The position numbers and the translations under genes are program-made. The notes beneath the pieces were generated by a model that saw only the letters and a program-made list of their open reading frames with translations, did not search any database and had not been told where the DNA came from. A stretch of DNA of 64,000 bases from Roseibacillus sp. (GTDB lineage: Bacteria; Verrucomicrobiota; Verrucomicrobiia; Verrucomicrobiales; Akkermansiaceae), in the NCBI GenBank assembly GCA_051251855.1, contig JBPOGI010000003.1:224001-288000 (forward strand). Direction: 5' to 3'. Each line of letters starts with the position of its first letter. The first letter of the stretch is position 1. Shown here piece after piece: positions 54,976 to 64,000 of the stretch.

Positions 54976-56022
54976 GTGATTGAAACCCTCCGACTCGCTG
55001 ACTTCCGCTGCATTGCAGGGCTGTCATTAGAGATACCGGAGCAGGGGCTGGTTTTTGTCGGTAAAAATGCACAGGGAAAAACGAGTTTATTAGAGGCGCT
55101 TTGTGTCTTGGTGCGGTTGCATTCTCCGCGCACGCGGCGGCCCAATCAGATGGTTAAGTTTGAGGCCCCGCAGTTCGGGGTGGCTGGCAAGGCATGGGGA
55201 CGAGAGCTGCGAGTGGACTATTGCAAGGGGAGTTACACCTTGAAAGTGGATGGAGAAGAGCGGGGATCGCAAGGAGAATACTTGGCGGATGGAGGCCTGG
55301 TGGTTTGGATGGGGAATGAGGATCGCGAATTGGTAAAGGGGCCGGCAGAAGGGCGGCGGCGCTACCTTGACTTTATGGGCTCGCAAATCGTGCCGGGTTA
55401 TCGACGGGCGCTTTCTCGTTACCGCAAGGCTTTGCAAGAGCGGAATGCCTTGCTGCGAGATGGGCGGGGGAGTGGGCGTGAGATGGATTCTTTTACTCAG
55501 CTGTTGGTGGAGCATGGTCTAGAGGTGACTCGAGGCCGAGCAGCGATGGTCGCGAGCTTAGAGGGACCTGTGACTTGGGCTCAAGGAGCGGTGGGAGGAA
55601 GTGAGGAAGCGGTTGGTCTTACTTACAAGGCGGCGTCGGGCGATGACTTCGTGGCTTCTCTCGCGATGGTGAAGGAGAAAGAGCAGCGGCAGGGCATGAC
55701 ATTGGTGGGGCCGCATCGTGATGATATTCAACTGACTCTAGGTGGATTGAAGGCGGCGGACTTTGGGAGCGAGGGGCAGCAAAGGACCCTTGCTCTGGCC
55801 CTGAAGCTGGGCCAAGGGGAGCTTTTGCGAGAGCAGGGAGGGAAAACCCCTGTCTATCTGTTGGATGATATCTTTGGAGAGCTGGATAAAAGCCGCCGTG
55901 AACGATTCCTAGCGAGTTTACCCAAGGGGGCTCAGGTGATCGTGACGACGACCAATGCGGACTGGCTGGGAGAGGGGATGGCGCTTGAGGTACGGGAAGT
56001 AAGCGGGGGAACGATTTGCTAG
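54976..56022 (+). CDS. recF: DNA replication and repair protein RecF
   Basis: GKNAQGKTSLLEA, RRRYLD, GPHRDD, GSEGQQR, LLDDIFGELD. Confidence 0.95.
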   Translation: MIETLRLADFRCIAGLSLEIPEQGLVFVGKNAQGKTSLLEALCVLVRLHSPRTRRPNQMVKFEAPQFGVAGKAWGRELRVDYCKGSYTLKVDGEERGSQGEYLADGGLVVWMGNEDRELVKGPAEGRRRYLDFMGSQIVPGYRRALSRYRKALQERNALLRDGRGSGREMDSFTQLLVEHGLEVTRGRAAMVASLEGPVTWAQGAVGGSEEAVGLTYKAASGDDFVASLAMVKEKEQRQGMTLVGPHRDDIQLTLGGLKAADFGSEGQQRTLALALKLGQGELLREQGGKTPVYLLDDIFGELDKSRRERFLASLPKGAQVIVTTTNADWLGEGMALEVREVSGGTIC

Positions 56023-56243
56023 AGCTTTTCTCGCTGTCGTGGGGGCTCATTTGGTTTTGCGCCTTTTTAAGGCTTTTGGCGAACCAGCTCGGGATAAGTT
56101 GAATTGAACTCTTCTTCCTGAATTTCTCTATTCATATATCACTCAGACGTAGACGGTTGCGGGGTAAGGTTTAAAATAAACTTTCATTAATATTATTCCT
56201 AACCTAGGTTTCGGCTGGCGGCAACCTACTGCCACTCAAAATT

Positions 56244-56942
56244 ATGAAGAATACACTCATCCCAGCGCTCCTGTTTTGTAGCGTCATCCCCACTTTGTCG
56301 CAGTCACTTGATAGCGTTCCAACCGACGCAACAGGATTCACCTTATCTGGTCCTCCTTCTTGGTCTTGGACAGATGCCATCTTGGGAACGGTTACCGCGA
56401 CCTACCTCACGGACAACGATACTACCCGAAATGCCTACAGAGAACTCTCTTCGACGCCTTTCGCGAGAGAGGGCTTCTTTGCTTACCGCAACAACCCGAA
56501 CGGTGTCACCGACATTACTGGAACTGAGCAATTGGTGTTCTCTTGGGACAATCCTGTAAATTCTTTGGAAGTGGCCATTGGCGACTTCGACGAAAACAAC
56601 GCCGGTACCGCCGCTCTTGAGTTTACTGGCGATGTGACTGGAGTCGCCCTTGGCGATATTGGCGAGCAACCCGCTGATCAGGGTTACACCTACAGTACAA
56701 CGGCATCAACTCTTACTTTGGATACTCGCGGACCGCTGAGCCTCGGTCTTGATAACGGCAAGATCTACAACTCAATCGACGTGGTTCTTACCGGAACGGG
56801 AATGACCACTTTCACTGTTGATGGAGTCAGCACGAATATCAACGCGCTTGAAATCGGTGGAATCACCGCCGTTCCTGAGCCTTCGACTACACTTCTCGGT
56901 GCATTGGCTGGACTGGGGCTTCTCGCTCGTCGCCGTCGCTAG
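56244..56942 (+). CDS. PEP-CTERM surface protein (paralog A)
   Basis: Signal peptide; VPEPSTTLLGALAGLGLLARRRR. Confidence 0.9.
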   Translation: MKNTLIPALLFCSVIPTLSQSLDSVPTDATGFTLSGPPSWSWTDAILGTVTATYLTDNDTTRNAYRELSSTPFAREGFFAYRNNPNGVTDITGTEQLVFSWDNPVNSLEVAIGDFDENNAGTAALEFTGDVTGVALGDIGEQPADQGYTYSTTASTLTLDTRGPLSLGLDNGKIYNSIDVVLTGTGMTTFTVDGVSTNINALEIGGITAVPEPSTTLLGALAGLGLLARRRR

Positions 56943-56971
56943 TTAAGTTCACTTAGAAAATTTTTTCTAGA

Positions 56972-57012
56972 CTCCTTCGGAACAGCGGTGAGCTGTTTGG
57001 AGGAGGCTTTTT
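56972..57012 (+). terminator. Probable intrinsic terminator
   Basis: CTCCTTCGGAACAGC/GCTGTTTGGAGGAG bulged stem followed by T-run. Confidence 0.6.
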
Positions 57013-57192
57013 CTTGCCCTATTAATCCAAGTTTTCGGATGAGTTTCTGGGTGCGTCCCAATAACAAGACCTCGGATATCGAACTTTAAATTAAGGTGTT
57101 TAGATGTTCAGATCGACTTGAATTTCAATTTGTGATAAACGTATTGGTGACTTAGGGTGCTCTCTTAGGAGAGATCCCAATTGCGCCCCCGT

Positions 57193-57912
57193 ATGAAAAG
57201 GACTGACTATACAATCTGCTTGGCTGCATTTGCTGCCGCATCAAGCCTCCATTCTCAAACCCTCGACAATGTTCCAACCGACGCTGCCGACTTCACTTTG
57301 ACCGGACCACCTGCATGGTCTTGGTCCGACCCTGATCTGGGAATAGTGACCGCGACCTATATTACTGATAATGATACAGGTCACAATGCTTGGCGAGTCC
57401 CGAGCGGCAACCCTGAGCCCGGGCTCATGCGGGAAGGGTACTTTGCCTACCGAAATAACCCCAATGGGGCGACTGACATCACAGGAACTGAGCAGTTGGT
57501 GTTCTCTTGGACCACCCCTGTGAATACTCTAGAATTCTCTCTCGGTGATTTTGATGAAAACAACAATGGTCCTGCCGTTGTCTTTTCAGATAGCAATCTC
57601 TTAAGCATCGCCTTGGGCGACATCGGCCAACAACCGAGTGAACAGGGTTATGTCCATAGTATTTTGGGAACGACCCTGACATTGGATTCACGGGGACCGG
57701 ACGCCATGCCCCTCACCAATGCTCGTATCTACAACTCAATCGAGGTAATTCTTACTGGAACAGCGATGACTTCGTTCACCATGGAAGGTGAAAGTGCTCA
57801 TATCAATGCGCTTGAAATCGGAGGACTCACTGCCACCACTGTTCCTGAGCCTTCGACTGCTCTTCTTGGTGCTTTGGCTGGTCTCGGGCTACTTGCTCGT
57901 CGCCGTCGATAG
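57193..57912 (+). CDS. PEP-CTERM surface protein (paralog B)
   Basis: Shares VPTDA, YRNNPNG.TDITGTEQLVFSW, GDFDENN, IYNSI, INALEIGG with paralog A; VPEP C-terminus. Confidence 0.9.
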   Translation: MKRTDYTICLAAFAAASSLHSQTLDNVPTDAADFTLTGPPAWSWSDPDLGIVTATYITDNDTGHNAWRVPSGNPEPGLMREGYFAYRNNPNGATDITGTEQLVFSWTTPVNTLEFSLGDFDENNNGPAVVFSDSNLLSIALGDIGQQPSEQGYVHSILGTTLTLDSRGPDAMPLTNARIYNSIEVILTGTAMTSFTMEGESAHINALEIGGLTATTVPEPSTALLGALAGLGLLARRRR

Positions 57913-57940
57913 ATTGCTGACTTCTTATAGAAATAATTTT

Positions 57941-57973
57941 ATCCGGTCCCTAGAGAGGGGCTGGATTTTTTTT
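57941..57973 (+). terminator. Intrinsic terminator
   Basis: ATCCGGTCCCT-AGAG-AGGGGCTGGAT followed by T-run. Confidence 0.75.
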
Positions 57974-58246
57974 AGTTTTGCAGCTCAACTTTGGGCCTTG
58001 GATTCCGATAAGGAGGATTAAATAATCAATATTTTTAAAATAATAACTTTATTTTAAAATTTTGGGATGTTAAAATTCAGGGGTGCGCAGAGTAAGACCC
58101 TCAGGGAACGTTCCGTCCTTCAGCATCGACTGCTCACAAGCGCCCTTGCCTGTTTGATTTCTATTGTTCGTAAGCTTCGACCTAAACGAGGACCGGATAC
58201 TATTTCACCGCAGGTGGGGGGAAACCAGTTACCACCCCCGCTCAAA

Positions 58247-60559
58247 ATGAAGACCATTATCACCTCTGTGTTCGGAGTGACCTTGTCGGCCGTCTCGCTT
58301 TCTGGCCTTGATCAAAATTTGAATGGAATTCACGACCTTCAAGAGTTCCGTTATCAAAATCTTTCTATTTCTCTATCGGATGAAGATCCCGATCATGACG
58401 GGAGGTCGAATTTAGAGGAGGCAATGGCCTTCACGGATCCGTTTGACCGTGAGTCTCTTCTTGAGATCACCGGGATAGGGATGTCAGAAAGCTCTGTTCA
58501 GTTAACTTGGAATGCAGAGCCATCGGTCATCTATCAAGTCGAGTACTCGATGGACTTGGAGAACTATCATGAAGTTGGAACGAGGGTGGTCGGAGGAGGG
58601 GAGTCTGAAACACATGATATTGCGATGGCGGACGTGCCAGCATCAGACCAAGTCTTCTTCAGAATCGCGGTCACAGGTGCCAATCTCCAAGATGATGATA
58701 AGGACGGTCTTCCCAATGAACTGGAAGATTACCTCGGGTTTGATGCCACCGATAGCGCGGGATCGCTTTCTGCACTATCTGGGGGTGATGCGGCCATGTT
58801 CGAGGCTCTCATGACCGGAGCCAATTCGAATGGAGGGTTTGCATTCACCGATGATGCCGGAACGATATCAGATGTTCAAGCTGCCCGCTTCCTTTCCCAA
58901 TCTTCTATGGGGCCTACCGAGGAAAGTATTGAGGAAGTAAGGACTCTTGGCTTCGAGGGATGGATCGACCAGCAGATGATGACAGAGCCGAGTCGGTTGC
59001 AGCCCTACATCGACTACCTGAACTCTCGCTATGCAGCCGACAAACTCGACATTGCCAACGGGGATAAACTGGCACGCGACTTTGCCTACTTCACCAATGG
59101 AACGGCCCCAGAAGTGCAATGGGCAAACGTTGAGACGGCTTGGATGCGGGGAGCTTGTTTTGGTGAAGATCAATTGAGGCAGCGGGTTGCTTGGGCCTAT
59201 AGCCAGCTCTTTGTCGTTTCCTTTAACAATACTGTCTTCGGTTCATACACCGGCGGGATGAGTCACTATTACGATATGTTACTCGAAAACGCTTTCGTTG
59301 ATTACAGGACGATTTTGAAAGACGTCTCAATGCATCCCATTATGGGGCGGTATCTCAGCCACTTGGGGAATCGAAAGGGAGATCTCACAGTGCCACGCCT
59401 GCCAGATGAGAACTATGCCCGCGAGATCATGCAGTTGTTTACCATCGGGCTTGAGATGCTCAATGATGATGGGTCCTTGGTTCTCGATAGTGATGGGAAT
59501 CCCGTTCCGACTTACACCAATGATGACATCACTGAGTTATCAAAAGTTTTCACAGGTCTGTGGTTACAAGGGTTAAATTTTGGTGTCTCTGCGAATAATC
59601 GTGATCAATATGATCGTCCGATGACTTGGCATGGTTCCGAGCATGAATATGGCTCTAAGAGTTTTCTTGGAACGTATATCCCTTCCTTTCAGGAGGACTA
59701 CACCATCAATCCCATCAAGGGCCTTGATATCGCCATTGATACTCTCGTGGAGCATCAGAACTGTGGACCGTTTGTGGTGCGCCGGATGATCCAGTCGCTG
59801 GTGACCTCCAATCCGTCCCCTGAATACATCGCAAGATGTGTGGCGGTATTCAACGAGGACGCGGATAAAGATGGCAAGAAAGACGCCAATATGGGGAAGG
59901 TGATCAAAGCAATTCTCATGGATGAGGAGGCCCGAGGTCTCGATTGGTTGCTCAATGAAGAGTATGGCAGAATCAAGGATCCGATGTATCGCGTTGTATC
60001 GCTCGCCCGCGCAATGGATGCAGGATATCTCTATTCAAACCCTTTACCGAAACCGGAAGCAGGAAACGAGGAAGAGTTCTTTGAGGGGATCCAGTGGTGG
60101 AAGTCGCTGCCGTTCGATGAGATTGGGCAGCAGCCGCTGTTTTCACCTACGGTTTTCAACTTCTTCCAACCGGACTATGTAAGACCAGGAATCTTAGGTG
60201 ATCGCCAGTTGTTCGCTCCGGAATTACAAGTTGTCAATTCCGTCACTGCGACAACAACCATCAACTGGTTGCAAGGGTATCTCACAACACCCTTCCACAA
60301 CACAGATTGGGGCGGAGTGGAGCCCTTCGAAGTCAATATTGCTAAATTTGGAACTGATGCCGCGACCACAGATATTCTTTTGGATAGGATGGGATTGCTT
60401 CTAGCGGAAGGGTGGTTGGAACCTGCCACGAGAAAAGAAGTTGAGAGCTTGGTGAACTATTATCCCGAAAACGTTCCAGTTCCTATCATCATGGAAACCA
60501 GAACAAATCTAGGTCTTCGAACAGTGATGGTGGCTCCTGAGACCGTGGTTCAGCGATAG
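58247..60559 (+). CDS. DUF1800-family protein with N-terminal acidic Ca-binding-like extension
   Basis: AARFLSQSSMGP, DQLRQRVAWA, PDENYAREIMQLFTIGL, LVTSNPSPEYI, SPTVFNFFQPDY. Confidence 0.88.
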   Translation: MKTIITSVFGVTLSAVSLSGLDQNLNGIHDLQEFRYQNLSISLSDEDPDHDGRSNLEEAMAFTDPFDRESLLEITGIGMSESSVQLTWNAEPSVIYQVEYSMDLENYHEVGTRVVGGGESETHDIAMADVPASDQVFFRIAVTGANLQDDDKDGLPNELEDYLGFDATDSAGSLSALSGGDAAMFEALMTGANSNGGFAFTDDAGTISDVQAARFLSQSSMGPTEESIEEVRTLGFEGWIDQQMMTEPSRLQPYIDYLNSRYAADKLDIANGDKLARDFAYFTNGTAPEVQWANVETAWMRGACFGEDQLRQRVAWAYSQLFVVSFNNTVFGSYTGGMSHYYDMLLENAFVDYRTILKDVSMHPIMGRYLSHLGNRKGDLTVPRLPDENYAREIMQLFTIGLEMLNDDGSLVLDSDGNPVPTYTNDDITELSKVFTGLWLQGLNFGVSANNRDQYDRPMTWHGSEHEYGSKSFLGTYIPSFQEDYTINPIKGLDIAIDTLVEHQNCGPFVVRRMIQSLVTSNPSPEYIARCVAVFNEDADKDGKKDANMGKVIKAILMDEEARGLDWLLNEEYGRIKDPMYRVVSLARAMDAGYLYSNPLPKPEAGNEEEFFEGIQWWKSLPFDEIGQQPLFSPTVFNFFQPDYVRPGILGDRQLFAPELQVVNSVTATTTINWLQGYLTTPFHNTDWGGVEPFEVNIAKFGTDAATTDILLDRMGLLLAEGWLEPATRKEVESLVNYYPENVPVPIIMETRTNLGLRTVMVAPETVVQR

Positions 60560-60590
60560 CGTTACTCACCCTCAAACAGAAACTTTAGTA

Positions 60591-62057
60591 ATGAAAGAGA
60601 AACAAGATATCCCCTCAAACGGTCTCAATCGCCGGTCTTTCCTCAAGCAGGCGAACTGTGCCGCGGTCGGCTCAACGGCATTATTTAATACCCTGTTGAA
60701 CCTCAAGCTTGCTGGTAATGCTGCGGCGGCTAACACGGGAGGTGGTTCCGACTACAAGGCCTTGGTTTGCCTATTCTTGAACGGAGGGAATGACTCTTTC
60801 AATACCATCGTTCCAACCACAGGGAGTGCGACGGATTATAGCTCTGAGTATGCGCGTTATGTGGGAGTTCGAGGAGGACTTCACACAGAGGTGACCGGTG
60901 GTCTCGCTCTTCCTAAATCAGGATCAGGAGCAGTGTTGCCGTTGAATGTTTCGAACACCCCAGGGCGGACATTTGGTATCCATCCCGCAATGGAGGAACT
61001 TCGCGACCTCTTCGATGACGGAAATCTCGCCATTGTGGCCAACGTTGGAACTCTTGTTGAGCCGACCACAGTTACCGATTATGATAAAGGGTCCGTGCGC
61101 TTGCCTCGGCAGCTATTCTCACATCGAGATCAAAGGTTACATTGGCAGACTTCGGTTCCTCAAGGAGGAGCAGTTGACGGATGGGGTGGCCGCACAGCGG
61201 ATATACTAAATTCGAATTACAACACGGGCTCGATTTCGATGAACATCTCTTTGGATGGTGAAAACCTCTTTCAAACGGGAAAGACCACCACCTACTATTC
61301 GGTTTCTCGCACCAAAGGAGCAGTGCTACTGAATGATAGCGGATCAAGCAATGGGCTCGGTTCTTTGCGTCACGGCGCGGTTAACAATCTCATGGATCAG
61401 GAGTATCGCAACCTGATGGAGCAGGTCTTCGCTGATGAAAGCAAAGCTTCCTTTGAAGACGCGGAAGCTTTTAACGATGCGGTGGGAAGTACTGAGCTCA
61501 ATACCAATTTTCCTAATACCGTATTGGGGCAAGATTTAGAGATGGTCGCCAAAACAATCGCCTCGCGAGAAGATCTCGGAAAGAAGCGGCAGACCTTCTT
61601 CGTGAATAGTGCGGGCTGGGACATGCACCAAGATCTGATTGAGAATCATGACGCCAAGCTCTCTGATGTCGCTGCATCCGTGAAGGCCTTTTGGGATACT
61701 CTTTGTGAGTTGGGGCTGGAGGACAAAGTCATTCTCTTCACCGCTTCTGATTTCAGCCGAACTCTGCGCTCAAATGGCCGTGGCACAGACCACGCCTGGG
61801 GGGCCAACCATTGGGTGCTCGGTGGACCTGTCAATGGTTCTAAGATTTACGGAGATTTTCCTGAACTTGGTTTGGGAAGCGGACTCGATGTTGGAAACAA
61901 TGGCCGCATGTTGCCCACCATTTCTTGTGACGAATATTTTGCGGAAATGTTGCAATGGTTTGGTGTCGGAAATGCGGATTTGCCAGATGTGCTGCCGAAT
62001 ATTGGTAACTTTTATATCCCAGGCGCAACCCCTCCGGTTGGGTTCATTAGCTCATAA
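60591..62057 (+). CDS. DUF1501-family Tat-exported protein
   Basis: NRRSFLK Tat motif, DYKALVCLFLNGGNDS, LFSH.DQ, GWDMH, SDFSRT, GTDHAWG. Confidence 0.9.
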   Translation: MKEKQDIPSNGLNRRSFLKQANCAAVGSTALFNTLLNLKLAGNAAAANTGGGSDYKALVCLFLNGGNDSFNTIVPTTGSATDYSSEYARYVGVRGGLHTEVTGGLALPKSGSGAVLPLNVSNTPGRTFGIHPAMEELRDLFDDGNLAIVANVGTLVEPTTVTDYDKGSVRLPRQLFSHRDQRLHWQTSVPQGGAVDGWGGRTADILNSNYNTGSISMNISLDGENLFQTGKTTTYYSVSRTKGAVLLNDSGSSNGLGSLRHGAVNNLMDQEYRNLMEQVFADESKASFEDAEAFNDAVGSTELNTNFPNTVLGQDLEMVAKTIASREDLGKKRQTFFVNSAGWDMHQDLIENHDAKLSDVAASVKAFWDTLCELGLEDKVILFTASDFSRTLRSNGRGTDHAWGANHWVLGGPVNGSKIYGDFPELGLGSGLDVGNNGRMLPTISCDEYFAEMLQWFGVGNADLPDVLPNIGNFYIPGATPPVGFISS

Positions 62058-62058
62058 G

Positions 62059-62664
62059 ATGAATGCTCTCAATTTAGCCGTAGTCGGGCTTCTGGCCCTA
62101 GCTCTATCGATGGAGGCGCAAGTCATCTGGGACGAATCTTCTGATGGAGATCTCTCGAATGCTTACCTCTCTCCCAATGTTTTTGCCCTCTCCTTTGGCA
62201 CTCAAAGTGTTTTGGGAACTGTCTCAGCTGGGAGCAACCTAGACCGAGACCTCTTTACGATTCAGATTCCAGCTGGAGGCGAGTTGACCGCGTTCAGTCT
62301 TGTGAACTATGATTCCTCAGATCCTGATAACATTACTTTTGTCGGGATGCAGGAAGGAGCGACTTTAAGCCGAGCGCCTTCAAACAATTTCAGCGATGCC
62401 ATTGGCTACGCCTTGTTTGGATTTGATGATATAGGAAAAGATCTTCTCCCTACCATTACTGGGAATCCGTTTATTCCGCCATTCTTTGGTGAGAATCCTC
62501 TGCCGGCAGGGGAGTATGCAATTTGGGTCAACGAAACGGCAACAACGGCAGACTACGAATTTGAATTTGAAGTGGTTGAGGTGGGTGCCGTTCCCGAACC
62601 TTCAATTTCGCTCTTGGGTGTGGTCGGGGCTTCTCTCTTGTTTGGCAGACGGAAAAGGAATTGA
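62059..62664 (+). CDS. PEP-CTERM surface protein
   Basis: Signal peptide from ATG 62059; WDESSDGDLS; VPEPSISLLGVVGASLLFGRRKRN. Confidence 0.85.
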   Translation: MNALNLAVVGLLALALSMEAQVIWDESSDGDLSNAYLSPNVFALSFGTQSVLGTVSAGSNLDRDLFTIQIPAGGELTAFSLVNYDSSDPDNITFVGMQEGATLSRAPSNNFSDAIGYALFGFDDIGKDLLPTITGNPFIPPFFGENPLPAGEYAIWVNETATTADYEFEFEVVEVGAVPEPSISLLGVVGASLLFGRRKRN

Positions 62665-62666
62665 AG

Positions 62667-63242
62667 ATGATAGGGAAACAACAGTATGGGGTTCTTATTC
62701 TGGGTGTGACTCTGGTTACTTTCCTCCTCTTCCTTGTTCGAAATTGGGGGGAGCTCGATGAGCAACAGCAGCCGAGCACCAAGTCAATGGTTGTATCGGA
62801 AGAGACTTACGAGGTCGTAGAAGGAGTGGCAGGGGTGGCCTTTGTCGAAGGCGAAACGGTTTCTGATCTCAGTGGTCACTATTTCAAAGATTACGGGACC
62901 GAGAGGCAGAATCCACAGCAGGATCTGGAAGAAGTGGCTATGGTCTTTGGGGATTATCAGACCGTTGCAGGTCCTTCTCACCCGCTTCCGACCAGAGGAA
63001 ATCGTGAGATCGTAGAGTTTCTTTCGGGTGAGAATCCCTCGGGGTTTCGCTACCTTAGTATGAGCGGAGCGGCCGTAAACTCATCTGGAGAGTTGGTCGA
63101 TCGATGGGGGCAGCCACTCTATTTTCATTTCGAATCAAGCGAAGAAGTTGGAATTCGTTCGGCGGGTCAAGATGGTCAGATGTGGTCAGATGATGACGTG
63201 GTGGCTGCTACCGGAGAGCGCCTCAAGGTTGCGTCGAATTAA
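62667..63242 (+). CDS. Membrane-anchored protein with GspG-like C-terminal motif
   Basis: N-terminal TM; LVDRWGQPLYF...IRSAGQDG..WSDDD. Confidence 0.7.
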   Translation: MIGKQQYGVLILGVTLVTFLLFLVRNWGELDEQQQPSTKSMVVSEETYEVVEGVAGVAFVEGETVSDLSGHYFKDYGTERQNPQQDLEEVAMVFGDYQTVAGPSHPLPTRGNREIVEFLSGENPSGFRYLSMSGAAVNSSGELVDRWGQPLYFHFESSEEVGIRSAGQDGQMWSDDDVVAATGERLKVASN

Positions 63243-63256
63243 GAGAGAACAAAACC

Positions 63257-64000
63257 ATGAGTATAGAAAGACACCTTTTTAGGTTTACCCTATTAGCACT
63301 TCCGCTTTCCGCGCAAAATAGCTTTGTGGATTTTTCGGGGATTACTGAAGGGGCGCTTCAAGGAAGTGCTCCCTGGGCTTCCTTTGGAACAGTTTCGTAC
63401 GATGTCGTGTTCAATTCGAATTCAGATGGAGCGTATGAGTCAGGAGCTCTTACTCCTCGTTTAGGGCCCCTGCAATCAAACCTTGAGCCCTTTGGTCCCG
63501 AGCTAGGGCAGGGGCTTTTATTGATTCCCGGTCGGATTGACGGTGAGCCCTCTATCGACCGCGGCTATGAGCTGGACTTTACCTTTGATGATGGAGCCGG
63601 AGTGGAAATCTTTCCCGCAGAAACCGTTTTCTATCTCAGTGATATCGATAACACTTCGACCAGTGTGGGGGTGAAGGCCTTCTTGGATGGGCTCGAGGTA
63701 GCTACTTCCACCTGGTTCTCGCAATCGGTTCAAACGAAGGCGAATGGAACGGGTTTGCCCGCGGCATGGGATCCGGCGACCCAGACGTTGACAGGTGTCG
63801 AGTCAGGAGAGCTTTGGGTGCATCAGTTTGCAGCTCCCTCTGGGGTGGAGTTTGACCAGCTTGTCTTTGACGTGACGGCCACGAATAGCGGCGACAGAAT
63901 CGCCTTTGGACTTGGAAACACAATCGTGACGGTCCCTGAGCCTTCGTGTAGTCTGTTTATTCTGGCGAGTAGTTTAACTTTTCTGACTCGGCGTCGTCGA
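63257..64000 (+). CDS. PEP-CTERM surface protein (stop codon beyond window edge; not in ORF track)
   Basis: Open frame from ATG 63257 (MSIERHLFRFTLLALPLSAQ...) to VPEPSCSLFILASSLTFLTRRRR at 64000. Confidence 0.85.
   Translation, partial: MSIERHLFRFTLLALPLSAQNSFVDFSGITEGALQGSAPWASFGTVSYDVVFNSNSDGAYESGALTPRLGPLQSNLEPFGPELGQGLLLIPGRIDGEPSIDRGYELDFTFDDGAGVEIFPAETVFYLSDIDNTSTSVGVKAFLDGLEVATSTWFSQSVQTKANGTGLPAAWDPATQTLTGVESGELWVHQFAAPSGVEFDQLVFDVTATNSGDRIAFGLGNTIVTVPEPSCSLFILASSLTFLTRRRR

Noticed and set aside
58078..58246. Possible structured RNA or riboswitch in the long DUF1800 leader (CAGGGGTGC pairing with GCGCCCTTG)
   Set aside because: Only a short stem with G-U pairs and no recognisable riboswitch consensus; it would need covariation evidence.
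61705..62058. N-terminal extension of the 61705-62664 ORF
   Set aside because: It overlaps the DUF1501 gene; the signal peptide begins at ATG 62059.

Overview
Bacterial chromosomal window, most likely from a Verrucomicrobiota genome. This is inferred from five PEP-CTERM proteins, sulfatases, DUF1080, a DUF1800/DUF1501 pair, a planctomycete-type cytochrome c and an ECF-sigma/Ser-Thr kinase pair. Housekeeping genes include sppA, ruvX/yqgF, pyrF, ppc, recF and the SRP RNA (ffs). Transport genes include a heterodimeric ABC exporter, a cobalamin-riboswitch-controlled TonB receptor and a GldAFG-like ABC cluster. The non-coding structure is the most interesting part. (1) A GxxExxY (PD-(D/E)xK-like) gene is boxed by 31-36 bp inverted repeats built from 9-nt subunits and sits inside a YqiJ-flotillin-large AAA ATPase operon. 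(2) A RAYT transposase is flanked by about 115-bp inverted four-hairpin REP modules, with a dispersed copy and a second REP family elsewhere. (3) A candidate leader-peptide/antiterminator/terminator attenuator lies upstream of the ABC exporter. Family assignments come from recognising motifs by eye, not from database searches. Several start codons were moved from the ORF track to more plausible downstream ATGs.
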